DNA of 64,000 nt from Mantamonas sphyraenae STR306 (taxonomy: Eukaryota; Protista; CRuMs). Position numbers and translations under genes: made by a program. Below, in pieces: positions 52,101-59,594 of this stretch. Each line of letters opens with the position of its first letter. Position 1 is the stretch's first letter. The notes below the pieces were generated by a model. The model was not told where the DNA came from, did not search any database, and saw nothing but the letters and a program-made list of their open reading frames with translations. The DNA lies in contig JAPMXV010000061.1 of NCBI GenBank assembly GCA_026936335.1, forward strand, positions 258,420 to 322,419, written 5' to 3'.

Positions 52101-52561
52101 AACTGTTTGTGGCGTCGTTCCGACGGTTGGAATACGGCGACGATGAGGAGGTGGATGAGAAGAAAGCTGGTGGAGGGAAGGGCTGGACGGCACTGAGGGC
52201 CAAGATGGCATCGGGGGAGGGATTGGGTGGAAAGAAGAGTGGCAGCCCGAGCCCAAAGATGGACAGCCCAGGAGCGCTGCGAGAGAAGTTGAGGCGCAAA
52301 CAGGCACAAGGCAAGGCTAGCATGGTGGACTTGGTGCGTGCGGCTGCGGAGGCGGCGCGTGAGGAGGAGAGAAAGGTTGGAAGGAGCGCAGAAGAGTTGG
52401 AGGAGGAGGAGGAGGACAGGCGTCGGGCAAAGAGGGAGAGAAAGAGGAAACGAGGGCAGTCAATTGTAGTGGAGATGGGCCAGGAGGAAGGGGAAGAGGA
52501 AGAGGGGATTGAGGATGACGTGAGTCCCTTGATGCAATCGCCCGGAGGACGGAGAGGATGA
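31196..52561 (+). CDS. Giant (~7,000 aa) cell-surface multipass protein: Gly-rich modules, IPT, C-type lectin, filamin, DUF4082-like, beta-propeller, discoidin-like, ~18 Ig-like repeats, Cys-rich region, ~9 TM and a coiled-coil tail
   Basis: 6,779-aa ORF extended by an acceptor at 32132 (RGQ|FTLTSAG). Signal peptide MQQSGLVVVIALVALGLFVQ; the first exon junctions are uncertain. C-type lectin with EPN/WND at ~35810-36305; IPT (SVFPTTGPSSGGTVLTLSGENF) at 42600-43110; CPTGGVC/CAEGYHGPLCSLC at 49660-50165; TM block 50170-51210 with YWWELVILIRK and RPFK...RLE. Confidence 0.9.
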
Positions 52562-52583
52562 ATGAAGAAGATTGGAGTTGGAT

Positions 52584-53879
52584 TTAGTCGTCGATGCGTT
52601 GACGTTTGCGATCTGCAGAGGAGGGGTGATGGAGGTCGCCTTGGAGTTGGGGGAGTGTGCAGTGGTGGAGAACTCGCTGAAAGACCTCGTCTGGGAGGGT
52701 GGTCCAGAGTGCGGACGGGTGGTAGACGTCCATGGAGCCGGCGGAGAAAAGGAGGTCGCGCTCAGTGGTGTTCATCAACAGAGCAGTCTCGATGGTTGTG
52801 TCGACATGGGTGGGAGCCAGCCAGTGCCAGGTGGTGGACCATGGGAGGGAGGCAGGGGGCGGAGGACCTTTCATCAGTCGCAGAAGGGGGGAGAGGTGAT
52901 CTTTGCCGCTCATCTCAGCCAAGCGAACGGCCTGCGGGGAGGAAAAGCCGTGTTGGACAAGGATGCTGACGCTTCGGGCGTCGTCGTGGCGGACAGCGAC
53001 GGTGAGGGCATCGGAGGTGTTTTTGGTGATGCGCTTGGCCGTCAACAGGCGTTGGAGGAGCGCATGGTCGCCAATTGCATTTACGAGTGGGGCGCCGCCT
53101 TCGCAGTCGACACTTGGGTCCGCGCCATGGGCGATGAGAAGGTCGATCATGGCGTCGTTTCGGTTTTCGAGGGCTGAGCCGAGCGGAGTGGCCCCGAACT
53201 CGTCCCATGTGTGGACATTGATTCCAGGGAGTGTGAGAAGCCTGCGGACGACGTCTATATGGTTGTATCGGGCAGCCTGGTTGAGGGGTTCGGTGAAATT
53301 GGAATCGTTGAGGGAGGATGCCGGTGCGCCGAGGTCGAGCAAGGCGTCGACGAGGTCGAGGTCACCATGCTGGGCGGCGATGCAGAGCGGAGCGGTGTTT
53401 GAACGAGACGGACTGTCGCTCACCCAGCCTAGGTGGGCACTGGCAGAGGCGAGCAGAGCGACGGCTTCGGGGCAGCGCAGGCGGACGGCTCTGGCAACAG
53501 GGGTCAGAGGCTCGCGGTCAGATGACTGGTCAATGTCTGCGCCGAGATCGAGCATGGTTTGCAAGGCGTCCAGGTTGCGAACACAGGATGCGAGGCGGTC
53601 AAGAGGGGCGCCTCGCTCAGCGAGCGCTGCGCAGACGTCAGGCCAGTCACAGAGAGCGGCAGCGGACACGACGCCGTTGGGACGACTTGCAATGGTGGAA
53701 TCGTCGATGGATGAGGTGAGTTTGAGGGTTTGGTCGTGGTCGCCGTCACGGATGGCGTCTAGGAGCTGGGCAAGGATGGCAGGAGGCGACGGGGGCCGCG
53801 GGCGACGGGGAGCGGCCCTGTAGAGAGGTCTACGTGGGGGGTTTTGTAGGCCGCGTACAGTTTGCTTTGTACGAGCCAT
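52584..53879 (-). CDS. Ankyrin-repeat protein (431 aa) with an H3-like N-terminus, a C-terminal F-box/SOCS-like motif and an NLS
   Basis: The ATG at 53879 reads MARTKQTVR. About 9-10 ANK repeats (APLCIAAQHGDLDLVDALLDLGA; TPLGSALENRNDAMIDLLIAHGAD). Also WSTTWHW..IETALL..LPDEVFQRVL, ending RKRQRIDD. The upstream ORF extension overlaps the LRR gene and was rejected. Confidence 0.85.
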   Translation of the reverse strand: MARTKQTVRGLQNPPRRPLYRAAPRRPRPPSPPAILAQLLDAIRDGDHDQTLKLTSSIDDSTIASRPNGVVSAAALCDWPDVCAALAERGAPLDRLASCVRNLDALQTMLDLGADIDQSSDREPLTPVARAVRLRCPEAVALLASASAHLGWVSDSPSRSNTAPLCIAAQHGDLDLVDALLDLGAPASSLNDSNFTEPLNQAARYNHIDVVRRLLTLPGINVHTWDEFGATPLGSALENRNDAMIDLLIAHGADPSVDCEGGAPLVNAIGDHALLQRLLTAKRITKNTSDALTVAVRHDDARSVSILVQHGFSSPQAVRLAEMSGKDHLSPLLRLMKGPPPPASLPWSTTWHWLAPTHVDTTIETALLMNTTERDLLFSAGSMDVYHPSALWTTLPDEVFQRVLHHCTLPQLQGDLHHPSSADRKRQRIDD

Positions 53880-53936
53880 GGGGTTGTGTTTGGGGTGGGG
53901 GCGGGCGCGCCGGGAGAGCCACGAGAGCCAAAGAAG
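53880..53936. promoter_or_regulatory. Candidate 57-bp bidirectional promoter (H3-mimic ANK / LRR-ANK)
   Basis: Lies between divergent ATGs. Contains TTTGGGGTGG and GGAGAGCCACGAG, matching the 12.5-kb spacer. Confidence 0.5.
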
Positions 53937-55151
53937 ATGGACGACGCGTTGAAGAGCGGTGACGGAGATGCGGTGAGAATGGCCCTCGGGGAGAGCAAGG
54001 TGTTGTTTTTGGCGGCTCTGCAGGATTTTGGGGAAGAGAAAGTGCCTGTGTTGGTCGCTGGGCTGGAAGGGAATGTGAATTTGGAGCAGGTGTCGCTTGG
54101 CGGCGTTAGCGTGGGCGATGAAGAGGTGGCCGTGTTGATTCGGGCGGTGGCACAAATTGAAACGGTGCGTGTGCTGATGTTACAGGGGCTCGCGCTCGGG
54201 GAGAGCAGTTGCAAGGCGGTCGGGGAGCTGTTGAAGATGCACGTGCGAGTGAAGGTGCTGAATATGGCGAACTGCGGGCTGGACAATGTGCTGCTGGCAC
54301 ATATATTGGAGGGGTTGGGTGAAAGCAGGTCGCTGCAGCAGTTGGACTTGAGCGGAAACCCCATTGGGGATGCAGGGGCGGTGGGTGTTGCTGGGGCAGC
54401 AAGATTTCAACTTGGCTCGCTGAGGTTGGGCGCATGTGGCATTGGTGACGACGGGGCAGTGGCAGTTTTCAAGATGCCCCATGTGTATCGTCTGTGGCTG
54501 GAGAAGAATGACGTTGGCGATGCGGGGGTGCAGGTGTTGGCGGAGGAGATCTTGGGTGGCAGGAGCCGTCTCCAAAGCGTGTCGATGTTTGGGAACAAGG
54601 GAGTGAGTGAGTCGGGGGTCGAGGCGCTGGTGGAGGCAGTGACGAGTGAGCATGGGAGGAGGCTGTACCAGTGTGGTCATTTTGGGAGGAAGGAGATTCG
54701 CGAAGCGGTGGAAGAGAACGCAAAGCAAGCGAACGCCCTGCTTCCTGCAGCACGGAGCGGGGATGTGGAGGAGGTGAGGCGGTTGTTGGAGTGGGGCGTG
54801 GACGTGGACGTCTGCACAGTGGGGTTCACAGCGCTGGCTGTGGCCGTGGAACGGGAGGATTCTGCGATGGTGGAGCTGCTGCGCGGGTTTGGGGCCAATG
54901 CGTGGGTTAGCTCTGTAGAGAGCGCGTCTGCGGCAGAGTTGGCGATGGAAAAGGGGATGCGAGAGGAGTGGAAGTGGATGGTGGAAGTGGAAGTGGAGGA
55001 AGAGGACGACGGATCGGTGAAGAGCAGGTCGCGAAGCGATGCAAAGGGGGACGGGTTGGCGTGGGGGGTGGTGGGGACGGCGGCGGTGGTGGTGGTGGTG
55101 GTGGGAGGAGTCATGTGGTGGCAGGGGTGCGATGGGCGAGGTGAGGAATGA
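53937..55151 (+). CDS. RNI-like LRR + ankyrin protein with a C-terminal TM anchor
   Basis: LRRs LQQLDLSGNPIGDAGAVGVA and LWLEKNDVGDAGVQVLA. ANK repeats LLPAARSGDVEEVRRLLEWGVDVD and TALAVAVEREDSAMVELL. TM LAWGVVGTAAVVVVVVGGVMWW about 10 aa from the end. Confidence 0.85.
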   Translation: MDDALKSGDGDAVRMALGESKVLFLAALQDFGEEKVPVLVAGLEGNVNLEQVSLGGVSVGDEEVAVLIRAVAQIETVRVLMLQGLALGESSCKAVGELLKMHVRVKVLNMANCGLDNVLLAHILEGLGESRSLQQLDLSGNPIGDAGAVGVAGAARFQLGSLRLGACGIGDDGAVAVFKMPHVYRLWLEKNDVGDAGVQVLAEEILGGRSRLQSVSMFGNKGVSESGVEALVEAVTSEHGRRLYQCGHFGRKEIREAVEENAKQANALLPAARSGDVEEVRRLLEWGVDVDVCTVGFTALAVAVEREDSAMVELLRGFGANAWVSSVESASAAELAMEKGMREEWKWMVEVEVEEEDDGSVKSRSRSDAKGDGLAWGVVGTAAVVVVVVGGVMWWQGCDGRGEE

Positions 55152-55202
55152 AAGGAGATGGAAACGAGAAGTTTCAGTTGAGGCGCACGTCGGGAAACAA
55201 AA

Positions 55203-55766
55203 ATGTCATCCAGCTTCATCGTGGAAGTGCAGATGTTCCCTGACTTGGGAACGGTTCATTCGTTTGAGGTGACCAACGAGACGACGGTTGGGGAGCTGAG
55301 AGAATGGACAAGTCGCGAATCGGGGGAGCCGTTGGATCGGCTGCGCCTGGTGTGGGCGGGCCACACTCTGGAGGTCGACGAACGCACGGTGGGTGAGTGC
55401 AACATCAGCGGCGAAGACAAGGTGCACTGCGTGTTGCGGAATCTGGCAAACGCTGCGTTTGTGCTGCCTGATGGAACACGAGAAACACTTTTTTTGACCT
55501 CCGGTTCAAAGCCAAACGCGCACTTTGCGAACCAAGGCTTTCACGTCTACTGCTATGAACACAAGGGTCAGGAGGTGTTTGAGTCACAGGTGTACGGGAT
55601 CGTGGAGGCCCACCAGGCGGAGAACGAGCTGCCAGAGTTTGCGCTGATGATTACTTTTGTGGAGGACGAGGGCAGCAACGTGGAGACGTTGGAGAACGTG
55701 GTGTTCCCGGAGGAGGACGATGGCGGCCTGGAGGGAGAGGGTCGGGTGCGGGCAGCAAGCAGCTGA
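55203..55766 (+). CDS. Ubiquitin-like domain protein
   Basis: UBL pattern FEVTNETTVGELR...EPLDRLRLVWAGHTLE.DERTVGECNISGEDKVHCVLR with no terminal GG, followed by an unknown acidic region. Confidence 0.8.
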   Translation: MSSSFIVEVQMFPDLGTVHSFEVTNETTVGELREWTSRESGEPLDRLRLVWAGHTLEVDERTVGECNISGEDKVHCVLRNLANAAFVLPDGTRETLFLTSGSKPNAHFANQGFHVYCYEHKGQEVFESQVYGIVEAHQAENELPEFALMITFVEDEGSNVETLENVVFPEEDDGGLEGEGRVRAASS

Positions 55767-55847
55767 TGATTGCGGGCCTCCAAAAAGAAATGGAAGGATT
55801 TGGATGCTCCTGGTTTTTGCTTCGGGGGGGAGGCAGGGGATGGTTGG

Positions 55848-55927
55848 GCAGCGTTGGTTCATTGGATGCAGCGTTGGTTCATTGGATGCAGCGTTGGTTC
55901 ATTGGATGCAGCGTTGGTTCATTGGAT
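55848..55927. repeat. Perfect tandem repeat, 4 x 20 bp (gcagcgttggttcattggat)
   Basis: Four consecutive identical units read directly from the sequence. Confidence 0.95.
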
Positions 55928-56719
55928 TGCGTTCCGTATCTTGTTTTCGATGCGGTAAAAGAGAATATCCGGGAGGAAGGTGTACAGGGCCACAAAGACG
56001 TTGACGGAAAGCTTGAGCACGATGCGGTCGAGGTTGAAATCGGATTCGGTGATGGTCACGAGCGTGTTCATGAGGTTGAGGAGGGAGAGCGCGACGTACA
56101 CGATCAGCTCGAGCCACATGCCGACGCGAAAGAGCGTTTGCTTGCGGGGCACACAGCAGAGCCCAAGTGCGAGTGGAATGAAGGAAAGCGAAACGATGGC
56201 GTACAGGGAGAGAGTGACTCCTTCGGGGCCAACGACAAATGCGTTGACGAGGATGGTGAGGGCCGAAACGCCGCATTTGATCGTGAGGCGGTCCGTGCGC
56301 GTATCTTCCATGTCTTCCAGCTCACCGTGGAGGATGTACAGCTTGATTCCGTTCCAGGTAAATACACAAATGGCAGAGATGCACATTACGATGGAGCCCA
56401 TGATGTCCCTGCCGTAGAGATACTTGCACTTGACCGTGCAAGCAGCGCGCGGGGAGAGTTGCGCGCAAATGGCAACCTCTCCCCTGTCCCATGTGGACGC
56501 GAAATCGAGCTGCTTCTCTCCTCCTGAGTTCTCGCTTGCGCACAGGTCAAAGAGCAGGGCGTTTCCAGAGGCGGCATAGGCAACGAGGAAGACGAAGTAG
56601 GCAAAGAAAAGGAGGACGGACTTGCGCCAAACGGTGGGCAGGAGCCTGGGTTCTGATGAGTCCTCGGACGGCTCGGTGTCCTTGAACGCGGTCATTTGTT
56701 CCGATTTGTCATCGGCCAT
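55919..56719 (-). CDS. Hypothetical multipass membrane protein (~6 TM)
   Basis: Starts MADDKSEQ. Several hydrophobic helices and a Cys-containing loop; family not recognised. Confidence 0.7.
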   Translation of the reverse strand: MADDKSEQMTAFKDTEPSEDSSEPRLLPTVWRKSVLLFFAYFVFLVAYAASGNALLFDLCASENSGGEKQLDFASTWDRGEVAICAQLSPRAACTVKCKYLYGRDIMGSIVMCISAICVFTWNGIKLYILHGELEDMEDTRTDRLTIKCGVSALTILVNAFVVGPEGVTLSLYAIVSLSFIPLALGLCCVPRKQTLFRVGMWLELIVYVALSLLNLMNTLVTITESDFNLDRIVLKLSVNVFVALYTFLPDILFYRIENKIRNAIQ

Positions 56720-57022
56720 GGCTGGGGTGATTGCGATGGTGCAGTGGGCGTCCGAGTGAGACGGAGGGGCTCCATTTTCTTGTGCGGGCGCCCAACGCAT
56801 GTGTGGACCTGCAGTCCATGTTGTGGGGTTGTGAGAGGGGTTTACTGGCCATGGTGGTTGGAGGGGGAGGGGGGAGGGTGGGGAGGCATGCAGCAGCCAG
56901 GCGTGGGAGAGTATTATACGTTCAGGGTGGCTGCATTGCGGTGGTATGCATTGTACACTGTGCACCTGAGGTGAGAGTAGTACTCATTTGGTTAATCTCG
57001 GGTTGCTCATTGAGTCGAGTCG

Positions 57023-57651
57023 TCACAGTTTGGTTGCATCATCCTCTGGCGCCAGCTCCACGTCAATCAGCTGCTCCTCCTGCTCCATTTGAGTCTTCAG
57101 CCCACGCATCCCAGAGAGAATAGGAAGCATGACAACGATGCGAAACAGACTGAAGATGCTCGCCATGAGGAGGCGCATCGGAAACTCGCTCTCGAACATC
57201 GTCGCAAGAGCGAGGACGAGGTTGGCAGCAACGGAGAAGCACACAGCACATTCACTGAGCTGGTACGCGCGATATAGTTGGCGAGGGTCTCCGGCACAGC
57301 ACCCACAAGCACAAGCACTGCACAGGACCACACAGAGGACGTTCGCTGCAGAAGTGTCAGCTTCGAGAACCGAGGAGGTTCTAGTTGGAAAACCGCTTAC
57401 CCAGCGCCGTAGCACCGTACAGCCAGTTGCCAAAAGCCCATATATCAATGATGAGGGCTACAAATTCGACCAGCTGTTGAGTCGGACAGTGGGACGCGTT
57501 GCGTGGGAAAGTGAGTTTGCGGTCACATTTTCAACCAAGCCCGTCCTTGGGCACCTACCAGTTGTTCCTTGATGAAGAAACGGGCACGCCGCACCCTGCT
57601 TTCCACGTCACTTCCCCAGAGATTCGCGAAATGTTCAAAAAGACCAAACAT
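57023..57651 (-). CDS. Small multipass membrane protein, distant paralog of 55919-56719. Model join(57651..57559,57473..57401,57345..57023)
   Basis: Phase-compatible GTAGGT..CAG and GTAAGC..CAG introns. Shares the pattern CC....L(F/Y)R.....E..V....NL...L.T..ES(D/E)F with its neighbour. Confidence 0.6.
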
Positions 57652-57767
57652 TCTCTTGGTTGCGAGTGGGGGCAATCGGGGTGGTTGAGTGGAGCATGGA
57701 AGGACGTTTTCGCCGACGAGGGGGTGATTGTGTAGTGGGTGGTGAGTGGGTGAATGGGTGAATGGGT

Positions 57768-59594
57768 TCATTCGAGGCGTTGGCGTTTGGAGGAGGAGGA
57801 GGAGGAGGAGGAGGAGGAGGAGGAAGGGTCTTTGCGCTTGGGGAGGGTGAAGGAGGGGATGGGGTAGGCGTTGACGAGAGCGGGAGTGGTGGGGCGGGTG
57901 GTGATGTGGGGTGTGATGCGGTCGATGAGGGTGTGGAGGAGGGTGTGCAGTGTGGCGTCGCTGGGTTTGGGTTTGTCGAGCCAGGTGATCTTGAGGGAGA
58001 GGGAGGTGACGCCGCGGGATAGGGTGAGGCAGATGGCAGGGCAGACCTGCTTGTAGGTGAGGCGTGGCCTGAGGAGACGGACAAAGAAGGCCAGGTCAAC
58101 AGGAGGCACGCCAACGTTGCCCAGCGCCAGGATGATGTGTCGCAATAGGGACTGCAGGCTGCCGTTGTTGATCAGCTCACGCAGTGCCTGGTGTTCGTGT
58201 GTGTGCTGATGGCGAGGGTGCTTGGCTGCGCGAGCCTTCATGTGCGCCAGCAGCGTCTGGAACTCCCGCGCCGTGCAGCTGCCACGCTCGTCACTGGGAC
58301 CTTTGGTCCAGCCACTGCACGCAGACTCAGGATGCCACTTGTCCACCTCGGTGGTGGTGAGGAGGTGGTCGTAGTCACATTGTGTCCAGTGTGGGTCGCT
58401 GTCGTTGTCAGCAGGGCGTCGTGCTTTCTGCAGCCACAGCTGGATCTGCTTGTGCTCCTTCCAGGTGTTGGGATGAGGCCTGTCGCCGAGAGAATCCATC
58501 TCTGTCATGAGGAGGTGGAGGAGGGCGTAGTTGGGGTCGCCGTGGTCGTGTGGCTCCTCCAGCCAGCACACCTTCAACCCATCCTCAGTCACACCCATGG
58601 CCAGACCGGCGTGGACGATGGCAGCACAGCACGGCTGATGATCCACATCATGGCCGAGAAGGGTGAGGCAGAGGGCCATGTCCCCTTGGGAGAGGGGAAT
58701 GTTGCCCAGAGCGAGCTGAATCTGTCGGACCAGCGTGCTCAGGGGGCCATGGCAGACCATAACACGCGCCCGCAGGGTCATGATGTCGGGGATGTTGTCG
58801 ATGGGATGCTCGTTTACCAGGGTGTGCATGTGCTTCAACAGTGCCGTGTGCTCCTTCTTGTTTCTGTGGCTGCGCTCGTCACTGTACCCCCATGTCCACC
58901 CTTTGCGCACAACGCCATCTGGCAACTTGTTCTTCTTGTTGACGCCTGGTTTCTTCCTTGCACCGTTGTTTCCGTTCTTGGCCCTCCTTGCCCGTGTGCT
59001 CGACGTTCCTGTCTCCGTGCCACTGCCAGTCGTGACCCTGTGCCCGTGCTTTCCATTCCATGTGCTGCTTTGTGTCCCAGAGCGACATCCGCTGCGGCCC
59101 CTCTGTCGTGTGCGGCGACTGCTTCGTTTGGGCAGCGACTGTTCATCCATGTTCTCCTGCTCCATGTCGTCTGTGTCGTCATCGCTATTGTCCCCAGGTA
59201 CGGAATCCCCATCTATGGTGGTTGTTGAGGTTGTGGTCGTGGCTGTGTGGTCTTGCGAGACGGGCTGAGCCCAGGCCTCGTCGCTCGCCTCGACATACCG
59301 GAGTACGTCATCCTGAGTCATCCAATCGGTGTCGTGGAAGCGGTAGAAGCGCCTTGCGGGTTGTGTGGTGTCCACATAAAGCGTTCCAGGCTCGTGTTCG
59401 GAGGAATGGCTAGATACGTTGCTGGGCGCAGCAGGCGGAGGCGGCGGGGGAGGAGTGGTGTTGGATGTGTGAAGGCGGTTCGGATAGTGTAACAGAACAG
59501 GAACCCACACAAAGGACTGCATGGAGTTCTGTGGATATGCGTAGCCGGGTGGGGAAAGATATTGCTGAGGAATGTAGCCTCGTTGCAGGTTCAT
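57768..59594 (-). CDS. Subtelomeric family protein 1 (Pro/Gln-rich N-terminus, A-B repeat domains, C-terminal NLS)
   Basis: Long ORF with probable start MNLQRGY. Near-identical to parts of the adjacent gene; ends SSSSKRQRLE. Confidence 0.75.
   Translation of the reverse strand: MNLQRGYIPQQYLSPPGYAYPQNSMQSFVWVPVLLHYPNRLHTSNTTPPPPPPPAAPSNVSSHSSEHEPGTLYVDTTQPARRFYRFHDTDWMTQDDVLRYVEASDEAWAQPVSQDHTATTTTSTTTIDGDSVPGDNSDDDTDDMEQENMDEQSLPKRSSRRTRQRGRSGCRSGTQSSTWNGKHGHRVTTGSGTETGTSSTRARRAKNGNNGARKKPGVNKKNKLPDGVVRKGWTWGYSDERSHRNKKEHTALLKHMHTLVNEHPIDNIPDIMTLRARVMVCHGPLSTLVRQIQLALGNIPLSQGDMALCLTLLGHDVDHQPCCAAIVHAGLAMGVTEDGLKVCWLEEPHDHGDPNYALLHLLMTEMDSLGDRPHPNTWKEHKQIQLWLQKARRPADNDSDPHWTQCDYDHLLTTTEVDKWHPESACSGWTKGPSDERGSCTAREFQTLLAHMKARAAKHPRHQHTHEHQALRELINNGSLQSLLRHIILALGNVGVPPVDLAFFVRLLRPRLTYKQVCPAICLTLSRGVTSLSLKITWLDKPKPSDATLHTLLHTLIDRITPHITTRPTTPALVNAYPIPSFTLPKRKDPSSSSSSSSSSSSKRQRLE

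Noticed and set aside
53818-53858. 41-nt GTACGC..CAG intron just after ARTKQT
   Set aside because: Splicing it would shift the frame into a stop, whereas the unspliced frame is continuous with the ANK repeats.
52584-53879. Histone H3 or CENP-A gene
   Set aside because: Only the first 8 residues match and no histone fold follows.
1-55766. Functional ubiquitin-system gene cluster (E3, DDB1, ANK-F-box, UBL)
   Set aside because: These genes are common and interspersed with unrelated ones; there is no evidence beyond chance without synteny data.
55848-55927. Possible CRISPR array
   Set aside because: The repeats are contiguous with no spacers, there are no cas genes, and the context is eukaryotic.
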